This document shows positions 9,225-16,158 of a stretch of DNA of 21,348 bases, one piece after another. The position numbers and the translations under genes were made by a program. Origin of the DNA: Chthoniobacteraceae bacterium (GTDB lineage Bacteria; Verrucomicrobiota; Verrucomicrobiia; Chthoniobacterales; Chthoniobacteraceae); NCBI GenBank assembly GCA_031409655.1, contig JANNXQ010000298.1:1-21348 (forward strand), given 5' to 3'. The notes beneath the pieces were generated by a model. The model had not been told where the DNA came from. It worked only from the letters and a program-made list of their open reading frames with translations, and did not search any database. Numbering within the stretch: the stretch's first letter is position 1; each line of letters begins with the position of its first letter.

Positions 9225-9641
9225 TCACGGCAGGAACCGGCGGATGAACTCCTGCGGCGAAATCGGCTGTGGTCGGTAGCCTGCGCCCGCGAGCACGTCG
9301 AAATGTCCGTCCTCGGTAATGATGCACTCCGCATCGGCGACGATCGCGCAGTCCACGAATTTGTCGTCGTCCGGATCGGCGGAAATGACGCGGAAGCGAA
9401 ACTGCGGGGAGATTCGGCGAAGGTTGCCGTGGCGCACCGCAACGACCTCGAGCAAGGAAATGAAATCGCGCCAGCGCGCCGGGCCGATGCGCGAGGCGAC
9501 GATTTCTTCGTACTCCAAAAGGATCTCCGTCGAGAGAGCCCAGTCGAAACGCCCGATCGTCCATGCATCGAGGATCGCGGAAAATCGGTGCCGCAACCCG
9601 AGCATCGGCAGCACCGCATTGGTATCGATGACGACCGTCAC
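9225..9641 (-). CDS. PIN-domain putative toxin (VapC-like)
   Basis: VVIDTN, LSTEILLEYEE, DPDDDKFVDCA and IITEDGHF acidic PIN motifs; GTGA overlap with the upstream small gene. Confidence 0.92.
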   Translation of the reverse strand: MTVVIDTNAVLPMLGLRHRFSAILDAWTIGRFDWALSTEILLEYEEIVASRIGPARWRDFISLLEVVAVRHGNLRRISPQFRFRVISADPDDDKFVDCAIVADAECIITEDGHFDVLAGAGYRPQPISPQEFIRRFLP

Positions 9642-9877
9642 CGATACGGATGCCGGGCGCGATGCTCGCGGACGCTCACCTCGACGTCGGCGGGCTCACA
9701 TTTGCCGGCGGCGTACGCTTCGTCCACCGCCCGGCCCACGGACTCGCGCAGGTGGCGGATTTCGAGATCGAGAAGCGCCCGGCGGATGGTCTCGAGTTCC
9801 TCGTCGGTGAGTTGATCGATGCGTTCATGCACCAATGGGCGCAAGTCTTTCGGATCGACATCGGCCAGCGAGTTCAT
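9638..9877 (-). CDS. Putative antitoxin of the PIN toxin (79 aa)
   Basis: Small charged helical protein MNSLADVDPKDLRPLVHERIDQLTDEEL..; stop overlaps the PIN start; own promoter directly upstream of the ATG at 9877. Confidence 0.75.
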   Translation of the reverse strand: MNSLADVDPKDLRPLVHERIDQLTDEELETIRRALLDLEIRHLRESVGRAVDEAYAAGKCEPADVEVSVREHRARHPYR

Positions 9878-9884
9878 GGCAGGG

Positions 9885-9912
9885 AGATTGCCACGTCGGT
9901 GAGTGTTTTCAA
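9885..9912 (-). promoter_or_regulatory. Putative sigma70-type promoter, leaderless
   Basis: TTGAAA-N16(ending TGG)-CAATCT-N7-ATG(9877). Confidence 0.55.
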
Positions 9913-9953
9913 AACCATTCTCTCGCGGTCCAATAGACGTGGTGAGACGCATA

Positions 9954-10000
9954 GGTGGGAGGAAGCTCTCCAGGAAGTTCGGAGAGTGGCACCACCCACC
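9954..10000. repeat. Degenerate REP-like hairpin between two divergent TA-like modules
   Basis: GGTGGG..CTCTCC-aggaagttc-GGAGAG..CCCACC. Confidence 0.45.
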
Positions 10001-10043
10001 CGAATGGGGCCAGCAGAAAATCCCCGTTGACGGAAGACGCGAA

Positions 10044-10072
10044 TTGCATCGCGTCCGCCGGGAATCTAACCT
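10044..10072 (+). promoter_or_regulatory. Putative sigma70-type promoter, leaderless
   Basis: TTGCAT-N17-TAACCT-N6-ATG(10079). Confidence 0.65.
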
Positions 10073-10078
10073 CACGCC

Positions 10079-10357
10079 ATGAACGCACCTGCCTCAGGCA
10101 GCTCCAGCGCCGTCATCTGGGAAAGAACCATCCAGCCTGCACGCCGTTCGCTGGACCAGGCCGCTGCGAAAGCCATGTTGAGTTTCAAGCTTTCCGCACG
10201 CGATCTGGATCGGGCCGATGTGCTGGCTGGTAAGGCGGGCACGGGAAAATTGACGGCTGAGGAAGCTGCGGAACTGGAGAATTACCGCTCGGTCGGCACC
10301 GCGCTGGAATTCCTGAAAGCCAAAGCGCGCCTAGCTTTGACGACGAAGGCGAACTGA
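10079..10357 (+). CDS. Small helical protein, putative antitoxin partner of the HNH nuclease (92 aa)
   Basis: ..KAGTGKLTAEEAAELENYRSVGTALEFLKAKARLAL; 8 nt upstream of the HNH gene; clear promoter. Confidence 0.75.
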   Translation: MNAPASGSSSAVIWERTIQPARRSLDQAAAKAMLSFKLSARDLDRADVLAGKAGTGKLTAEEAAELENYRSVGTALEFLKAKARLALTTKAN

Positions 10358-10365
10358 ACGCCGGT

Positions 10366-10764
10366 ATGGCCGCAGTGTTGAAAGCCATGGTGCGGAGACG
10401 GGCGCGGTTCCGCTGCGAATACTGTCACTTTCCGGAGCGGTTGGCGGAACTGCGGTTCCAACTCGACCACATCGTGTCGCAGAAGCATCGCGGTCCGACG
10501 ACGGCAGGGAATCTGGCGCTGGCGTGCTACCGCTGCAACAGCCACAAAGGGCCGAACCTCTCTGGAGTCGATCCGGACACGGGGAGAGTGGAGCGCCTGT
10601 TCCATCCGCGGGAGGACGATTGCGCGGCGCATTTCCAATGGCGGGGCGCGGTGCTCGCCGGGAGAACATCCATTGGACGAACGACCGTGGCGGTCCTGAA
10701 CATGAATCGTGCAGACGTGATCCTGCTGCGGCGCGTCCTGCGGGCGGAAGGTGTGCGTTTCTGA
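10366..10764 (+). CDS. HNH endonuclease
   Basis: RCEYC..DHIVSQKHRG..NLALACYRCNSHKG: two CxxC pairs plus the HNH motif; LFHPR and GRTT..LNMN C-terminal motifs. Confidence 0.93.
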   Translation: MAAVLKAMVRRRARFRCEYCHFPERLAELRFQLDHIVSQKHRGPTTAGNLALACYRCNSHKGPNLSGVDPDTGRVERLFHPREDDCAAHFQWRGAVLAGRTSIGRTTVAVLNMNRADVILLRRVLRAEGVRF

Positions 10765-10795
10765 AGCGGTGGAGGACGGGAGATCCTTCCGAGAA

Positions 10796-10818
10796 CACAG
10801 ACTGGAAGTCTGTGCCAC
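10796..10818 (-). repeat. REP-like palindrome
   Basis: GTGGCACAGACTTCCAGTCTGTG on the minus strand: GTGG followed by a perfect CACAGACT/AGTCTGTG stem. Confidence 0.75.
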
Positions 10819-10819
10819 T

Positions 10820-10918
10820 TTCTTCCGGCCACGCGTCGGCCCGGCGGATGCGATCTCGGCGCGGTAGCGCGGTCATGGGCTCGACAGCCTCAATGTCGAG
10901 CAGGAGCCGGTACTTCAT
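10820..10918 (-). pseudogene. Truncated N-terminus of a RelE/ParE-like toxin
   Basis: MKYRLLLDIEAVEPMTALPRRDRIR starts with an ATGA overlap on the upstream small gene. After about 30 codons the frame runs into the REP palindrome and then antisense through the HNH gene. Confidence 0.5.
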
Positions 10919-11130
10919 TCCCGCAGATCGTCCGGGCCGATGCCGAGCCTGCGATCCAACTCCTCGAGCGAAACCCAGCCGGACGGGTCGGGGTCGTCGA
11001 GTTTGCCCGCATCATCGGCAGCAGATCGCCCGGCCTTCCGATCCTGCAAGACTACCGCGTAGGCGATGAGGCGCCGGAGGGTCGCATCGTCCCAAGTGGT
11101 GATCTCCTGCTGAAAGGACTCGATATTCAT
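10915..11130 (-). CDS. Putative antitoxin (71 aa)
   Basis: Acidic C-terminus WVSLEELDRRLG is typical of addiction-module antitoxins; TAGTCT-N6-ATG leaderless-type start; ATGA coupling to the next ORF. Confidence 0.7.
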   Translation of the reverse strand: MNIESFQQEITTWDDATLRRLIAYAVVLQDRKAGRSAADDAGKLDDPDPSGWVSLEELDRRLGIGPDDLRE

Positions 11131-11186
11131 CGGCGAAGACTAGCGCCAGATTCGGGCAAGCCACCGCCCAAAAATCTTACCGCCAC

Positions 11187-11326
11187 CGGAAAACTGCCCG
11201 TCCCAATCCGCGCCTGCATTCCAGACGAGGTGCTTGTTGGCGCCCGGCAGGAGGCCGGGGCCGAGGTCGTCGGAGAGCGAGACGGCCGGGACCGCGGAGG
11301 AGGCCCCGCCATCCGCCGAGAACTGC
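11187..11326. repeat. 140-bp direct repeat, copy 2 (orphan internal gene fragment)
   Basis: Encodes FSADGGASSAVPAVSLSDDLGPGLLPGANKHLVWNAGADWDGQFS without a signal peptide; ~94% identical to 8701-8840. Confidence 0.95.
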
Positions 11327-11533
11327 CCCGAGGCGGTCAATGCGCTTTCAGCGCTCGGAGGGCCCCCGCGTCAGTTCGCCGGTGGCGTGAAGAAGCGTGT
11401 GATCGACCTTGAGAGCGTCGTACTCCTTCTGTGGTTCGGCTTTGCAGCGGCCGAAAAGTGCGCCAGCGCAGAGCGGGAGCGCCCGGGTTGGAGATTCCGC
11501 AGCCGGTCGATGGGCCGGGAAGGGAATTGGCGG

Positions 11534-12361
11534 CTACTTCCCCACGGGCTTCACGTCGTCCAGCTTGGGGGCGGCACCGAGGCCGGGAGCGTCGGTCTGC
11601 ACCTTGAGTTCCACAGAAGCTTTTGGCAGATCACCGGCCTTTTCGGCGCTCGGGATGGTCGGAATCTCGGGCGTCGTGGTGACTTCTTTCTTGGGCGGAG
11701 CCGGCCGCTCCATCCAGCCGATCTGGATCAGCGACTCGGAAAAGTTCACCGACTTATCTTCGCCGAAGACCCAGGTGCCCCGCTCGATCCAGGCCTTCGC
11801 TTCGGCCTCATTGCCGCGGCTGTACTCCCAGGCGGCATTGGCGTAATAGAAGGCTGGCGTGTCGCTGGGGAACTTGAACTTGCCGAGAATTTCGCGCGCC
11901 GCGGAATCGTTCTTCTCCAGCAGGTAGGTGAGGAAAACGCGGAACTGCACGAGTTCGTCGCGCGGGTTTTCGCTGAGCAGCTTTTGAAAGACCAGGCGCG
12001 ACTCGGGGTATTTCCCCTCCATCATCGGGATCTCGCCGAGATTGAAACGCGCCGGGTAGTACCTTGGGTCGATCTTCAGCACCTCCTCGCAGAGCTTCCT
12101 GCCCGCGTCGAATTCCCGCTTTTCGATGAACACGGCGGCGCGCGTGTTCATGGTGTGAGGATTTGGCGGCAGGATTTTTTCCGCCTTGTCGATGGCCTCG
12201 AGCGCGGCCGGGAAGTCGCGCACATTGAAAGCCTTGACCATTTCGCCAAGAGCCGCGCGATAGTCGGGCGGGTAGTTTTCCGCCTCCCTCGGTTTTGCGG
12301 CCAGGGCGCTGCAGGGGAGGAGCGCGAGGAGAGTGAGGAGGAGAAAGCGATGGGGCTTCAT
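11534..12361 (-). CDS. Exported tetratricopeptide-repeat protein (about 275 aa)
   Basis: Signal peptide MKPHRFLLLTLLALLPCSALA; TPR-like helices (AALEAIDKAEKILPPNP, VLKIDPRYYPARFNLGE, LLSENPRDE); Pro/Lys-rich tail. Confidence 0.85.
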   Translation of the reverse strand: MKPHRFLLLTLLALLPCSALAAKPREAENYPPDYRAALGEMVKAFNVRDFPAALEAIDKAEKILPPNPHTMNTRAAVFIEKREFDAGRKLCEEVLKIDPRYYPARFNLGEIPMMEGKYPESRLVFQKLLSENPRDELVQFRVFLTYLLEKNDSAAREILGKFKFPSDTPAFYYANAAWEYSRGNEAEAKAWIERGTWVFGEDKSVNFSESLIQIGWMERPAPPKKEVTTTPEIPTIPSAEKAGDLPKASVELKVQTDAPGLGAAPKLDDVKPVGK

Positions 12362-12538
12362 GGGACGGGAAATTTTCAGAAAGGGAGAGTAGCTGCCGCG
12401 CTCGAAAAAAATAGTCCGAAGATCGCGGGGGCTCCGAAGACGGGGCAGAGTGCCTCTTGAGGAGAAGAGAATGGACCGCCGGCCTTTCGACTGAATACTG
12501 ACCGCTGTTTTCTGCCCACTGATCCCAAACACCGCCGC

Positions 12539-14131
12539 ATGGCCGCTCCCACCGGATATCTCGCCTTGGTCCTCCACGCGCACCTACCCTATGTGCGGCA
12601 CCCTGAGTATGAGGAATTCCTCGAAGAGGACTGGCTCTACGAAGCGATCACGGAGACGTATATCCCGCTGCTGCAGGTGCTCACTGGGTTGGTGGCGGAT
12701 GGCGTGCCTTTTCAGCTCACGATGTCGCTCACGCCCACGCTCTGCCACATGCTGCGCGATCCGCTGCTCCTGGAGCGTTACGAGCGGTATCTCGAGCGAT
12801 CCATCGCGCTCGCCCAGCAGGAGGTGGTGCGCACGCGCGGGCACGGGGCGGTGGAGGAGATCGCGCGCTTTTACCAGCACCGGCTCACGGAGTGCCGGCG
12901 GGATTTCGTCGAGACCTGGGGGCGCGATCTCATCGCCGCCTTTGCCGCGTTGCAGGATCGTGGGGTCATCGAGATCATCACCTGCGCGGCCACGCACGGC
13001 TTTCTGCCGCTCATGGAGAATTTTCCGGAAGCGATGCGCGCGCAGATCCTCATCGCCCGCGACGACTACCGCGCGACTTTCGGGCGCGATCCGCGCGGCA
13101 TCTGGCTGCCGGAATGCGCCTTCGTGGCCAGCCTCGATCAGATCCTCGCGGAGGCCAATCTGCGCTGGTTCGTGATCGATGCGCACGGCGTCATGTTTGG
13201 CAATCCGCGGCCGCGTTACGCCATCTACACGCCGGTCTTCACGCCAGCCGGGCCGGCGGCCTTCGGGCGCGACCGCGATTCGAGCCGGCAGGTCTGGAGT
13301 GCGGAGGAAGGCTATCCGGGTGATCCGGCATATCGCGATTTCTACCGCGACATCGGGTTCGATCTCTCGCTGGAATATCTCGCGGCGTATCTGCCGGCCG
13401 ACGGCACCCGGCGTTTCACCGGTCTGAAGTATTACCGCATCACCGGACGCGGACCGGACAAGGATCTCTACCACCGCGGCTGGGCGCTGGCCGCTGCGGA
13501 CTCTCACGCCGGGCACTTCATGGGGGCGCGGGCCGCGCAGATTCAGCATCTGCGGGACAGTATGAATGTGCCGCCGATCGTGGTCAGTCCCTTCGACGCG
13601 GAGCTGTTCGGCCACTGGTGGTTTGAGGGTCCGGAGTTCCTGAATCTCTTCATCCGCAAGGCAGTGTACGACCAGCACGCCTTTCAACTCACCACGCCAT
13701 CCGCCTATCTCGAAGCGCACGACACGCAGCAACTGCTCGTGCCGTCGGCCTCGAGCTGGGGTCACAAAGGCTATTGGGAAGTGTGGCTCGATGAGTCAAA
13801 TTCCTGGATCTATCCGCACCTGCACATGGCCGCAAAGCGCATGGCCGACATGGCCCGACTTTGGGCGAAAGAGAAGCCGTCGCCCGTGGCCGAGCGCGCG
13901 CTGCGGCAGATGGCCCGCGAACTTCTCCTCGCGCAAGCGAGCGACTGGGCCTTCCTGATGAAGACCGGGACCGCGCGCAACTACGCCACCAAGCGCACCA
14001 AGGATCATATCCTGCGTTTCACGCGACTCTTCGATCAGGTGCGCGCCAATGACATCGACGTGGCCTTCCTCGAAAACTGCGAATGGCGCGACAACCTCTT
14101 CCCGCAGATCGACTGGCGCTACTATGCATAA
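12539..14131 (+). CDS. GH57 family 1,4-alpha-glucan branching enzyme (with DUF1957 C-terminal domain)
   Basis: LVLHAHLPYV, GIWLPECA (nucleophile), PFDAELFGHWWFEG (acid/base), RELLLAQASDWAF. Confidence 0.95.
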   Translation: MAAPTGYLALVLHAHLPYVRHPEYEEFLEEDWLYEAITETYIPLLQVLTGLVADGVPFQLTMSLTPTLCHMLRDPLLLERYERYLERSIALAQQEVVRTRGHGAVEEIARFYQHRLTECRRDFVETWGRDLIAAFAALQDRGVIEIITCAATHGFLPLMENFPEAMRAQILIARDDYRATFGRDPRGIWLPECAFVASLDQILAEANLRWFVIDAHGVMFGNPRPRYAIYTPVFTPAGPAAFGRDRDSSRQVWSAEEGYPGDPAYRDFYRDIGFDLSLEYLAAYLPADGTRRFTGLKYYRITGRGPDKDLYHRGWALAAADSHAGHFMGARAAQIQHLRDSMNVPPIVVSPFDAELFGHWWFEGPEFLNLFIRKAVYDQHAFQLTTPSAYLEAHDTQQLLVPSASSWGHKGYWEVWLDESNSWIYPHLHMAAKRMADMARLWAKEKPSPVAERALRQMARELLLAQASDWAFLMKTGTARNYATKRTKDHILRFTRLFDQVRANDIDVAFLENCEWRDNLFPQIDWRYYA

Positions 14132-15419
14132 GGATGAAGGCAGAAGGATGAAGGATGAAGTGTGGCGACCAGGTGTGGCGTTGGTCGCCTTGGCCGTGCT
14201 CCTTTCATCCTTCCTCCTTCTTCCTTCCTCCCTCGCTGAGGTCTCCATCACCTTTCTCCCGCCGCCGATGGAGGGCACGGTCTCGATGGGGATCTACAGC
14301 AAGACGGGGAAACTCGTGAGGGTGCTGCATCGCGAGGCGACGGAGAAAAATTTCACCGTCGGGCTCAATGGCTTTATGACTACTTGGGATGGGAAAGACG
14401 ACGCTGGTCGCACTGTCCCGGTGGGCAGCTATGGGGTGCGCGGTTATGTCGTCGGATCGGTCTCCGTCGAGGGAGTTGCCATTCATGGCAATGATTGGGT
14501 CGAAGAGGACAACGCGCCACGGCCAGTGAGCGTCACCGACCTCCGGGTGCGCGATCTGGAGACGATCGAGATTTTGCTAAAGACCGCCGCCGGGGGCGAG
14601 CGCGTGGAGACGATCGCGATGCCCACTCCGCCGACGGATTCGGCCGTCGCCGCGCAGGTCGTCGAGGGGAAGGTAATGATCGTGCGCGGCGCAGAGTCGC
14701 GCGAATTTCCGCTCGATGAAGGTGAGAGCGCGCTGGATGCGAAGATTGGTGCGGAGGACGGATTGTGGGTCGTGGTGAAGAACGCCGAGGGCACCGAGGT
14801 GCGGCAGTTTTCGCTCGATGGCGAATTTCTCCGGCGCCTCGCCTACGCGCCCGGCGATCCGCTGCCGCGAAGAATCATCGCGTCGCGCTCCGAGCAGCAG
14901 ATCCTGCTCTTTGAGGAGAACGCGAAAATGCAGCGCGTGCGCTCGCTCATCCGCACCGTGGAGCCGGCGCCGGAGAATGCGGATGCCGCCGCACCGCCCG
15001 CCGAGCCGGCGTCGGTTTGGAAGACCGTTCTCGAAAAATCCATCTGGCGTGGGGCCTCGTTCGACGAGGTGAACGAGTTGCTCGTGCGTCCGGACGACAA
15101 GCCCTTCGTGCCGGAGAAGGAGTTTGTCGTGAAGCTCATCAACAATCCGCTGGTTCAGGGCGAGCCGACCAGTGCCCGTGTGAATATCGGCGTCAACGCG
15201 CGCGGCAGCTTTCTCCAGACCACAGACGGCCTCCCGCTCCGCCGCATCACCGAAACCCCGCGATTGAAGTGGGCCGTGATCGGTCGCGAAGGCAGCGGCA
15301 AGTTGCTCACGATCCTGCAGAGCGACGGTGCCGCCGTGGAAGAATTCCGCGCCGGAAAGCTCGCGAACATGATGATGTTCGACGCCGGCGACTACGAGTG
15401 GGAGGGGGCCGGAAAATGA
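14124..15419 (+). CDS. Exported protein with N-terminal FlgD-type Ig-like domain (about 431 aa)
   Basis: Signal peptide ..VALVALAVLLSSFLLLPSSLA^; IYSKTGKLVRVL..WDGKDDAGRTVPVGSY FlgD_ig signature; the ATG at 14124 overlaps the GH57 stop. Confidence 0.8.
   Translation: MHKDEGRRMKDEVWRPGVALVALAVLLSSFLLLPSSLAEVSITFLPPPMEGTVSMGIYSKTGKLVRVLHREATEKNFTVGLNGFMTTWDGKDDAGRTVPVGSYGVRGYVVGSVSVEGVAIHGNDWVEEDNAPRPVSVTDLRVRDLETIEILLKTAAGGERVETIAMPTPPTDSAVAAQVVEGKVMIVRGAESREFPLDEGESALDAKIGAEDGLWVVVKNAEGTEVRQFSLDGEFLRRLAYAPGDPLPRRIIASRSEQQILLFEENAKMQRVRSLIRTVEPAPENADAAAPPAEPASVWKTVLEKSIWRGASFDEVNELLVRPDDKPFVPEKEFVVKLINNPLVQGEPTSARVNIGVNARGSFLQTTDGLPLRRITETPRLKWAVIGREGSGKLLTILQSDGAAVEEFRAGKLANMMMFDAGDYEWEGAGK
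14130..14233. repeat. Inverted array of heptamer tandem repeats (AAGGATG-like x4 / CATCCTT-like x4)
   Basis: AAGGATG AAGGCAG AAGGATG AAGGATG (14130-14157) and CATCCTT CCTCCTT CTTCCTT CCTCCCT (14206-14233). Confidence 0.9.
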
Positions 15420-15478
15420 CGGAGGCCACGCGGCCTGATTCCGTCATTGCTTCGCCATTCGCCATTCGGCATTCGTCA
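15415..15478. repeat. Hairpin plus heptamer tandem repeats (TTCGCCA-like x4)
   Basis: AATGACGGA-GGCC-acgc-GGCC-tgat-TCCGTCATT (15415-15448), then TTCGCCA TTCGCCA TTCGGCA TTCGTCA (15451-15478). Confidence 0.8.
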
Positions 15479-15486
15479 TCTCCGCC

Positions 15487-16029
15487 ATGTCCCAAGACAT
15501 CGTTTACTTTGACCTAGAGACCCAGCGCACGGCCAATGACGCCGGGGGCTGGGACAAGAAGCGCGACATGGGGATGTCCATCGGCGTGACCTACAGCACT
15601 CGCACCGGCGAGTATCACATCTACTCGGAGAAGCGGGTGCAGGAACTCGTGGATCAGCTCCTCCGCGCGGATCTCGTCGTCGGGTTCAACGTCATCAACT
15701 TCGACTACGAGGTGCTCATGGGCTACACCGTCCTGGATCTCCCGCATCAGTGCCGCACGCTGGATCTCATGGTGGACATCGAGAAAAAACTCGGGCATCG
15801 GCTCGGGCTCGATGCGGTGGCGTCGGCGTCGATCGGGGTGGGCAAGACGGCCGACGGGCTCGATGCGATCCGCTGGTGGCGGGAGGGCAAGCTCATCGAG
15901 ATCGCGGAGTACTGCTGCTACGATGTGAAATGCACGAAGCTCGTCCACGAATACGGAGCGGAGCATGGGAAGCTGTATTACACGGACCGTTTCCAGCAGC
16001 GGAAGAGCGTTGAAGTCGAGTGGCGCTAG
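15487..16029 (+). CDS. RNase H-like (DEDD 3'-5' exonuclease fold) protein
   Basis: YFDLETQ, VVGFNVINFDY, TLDL and YCCYDV motifs. Confidence 0.88.
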   Translation: MSQDIVYFDLETQRTANDAGGWDKKRDMGMSIGVTYSTRTGEYHIYSEKRVQELVDQLLRADLVVGFNVINFDYEVLMGYTVLDLPHQCRTLDLMVDIEKKLGHRLGLDAVASASIGVGKTADGLDAIRWWREGKLIEIAEYCCYDVKCTKLVHEYGAEHGKLYYTDRFQQRKSVEVEWR

Positions 16030-16158
16030 CGGCCTGTTAAAAACGCATCCTCGGTGGATGGCGTCGCTCCGCGCGCCATGCCAAACTCTGGCCGCAGGCC
16101 CATCCTCGACGCTCGCTCAAGCACGCGTTCTGATCCGCGCCATCGCTCCCAATACCCG

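Noticed and set aside
10331..10918. 195-aa minus-strand ORF as a full protein
   Set aside because: Only the first ~30 codons look genuine; the rest reads through a palindrome and antisense to the HNH gene.
8701..11326. Diversity-generating retroelement template/variable repeat pair
   Set aside because: No reverse transcriptase in the window, mismatches are not confined to adenines of one copy, and the repeat is not at the 3' end of a lectin-fold gene.
4036..11360. Classical integron cassette array
   Set aside because: No tyrosine integrase and no recognisable RYYYAAC..GTTRRRY attC sites; the modules point in both directions.
16026..16050. CTAG followed by CGGCCTGTTAAAAA as an IS or MITE end
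   Set aside because: It resembles some IS termini, but I found no matching inverted partner or transposase in the window.
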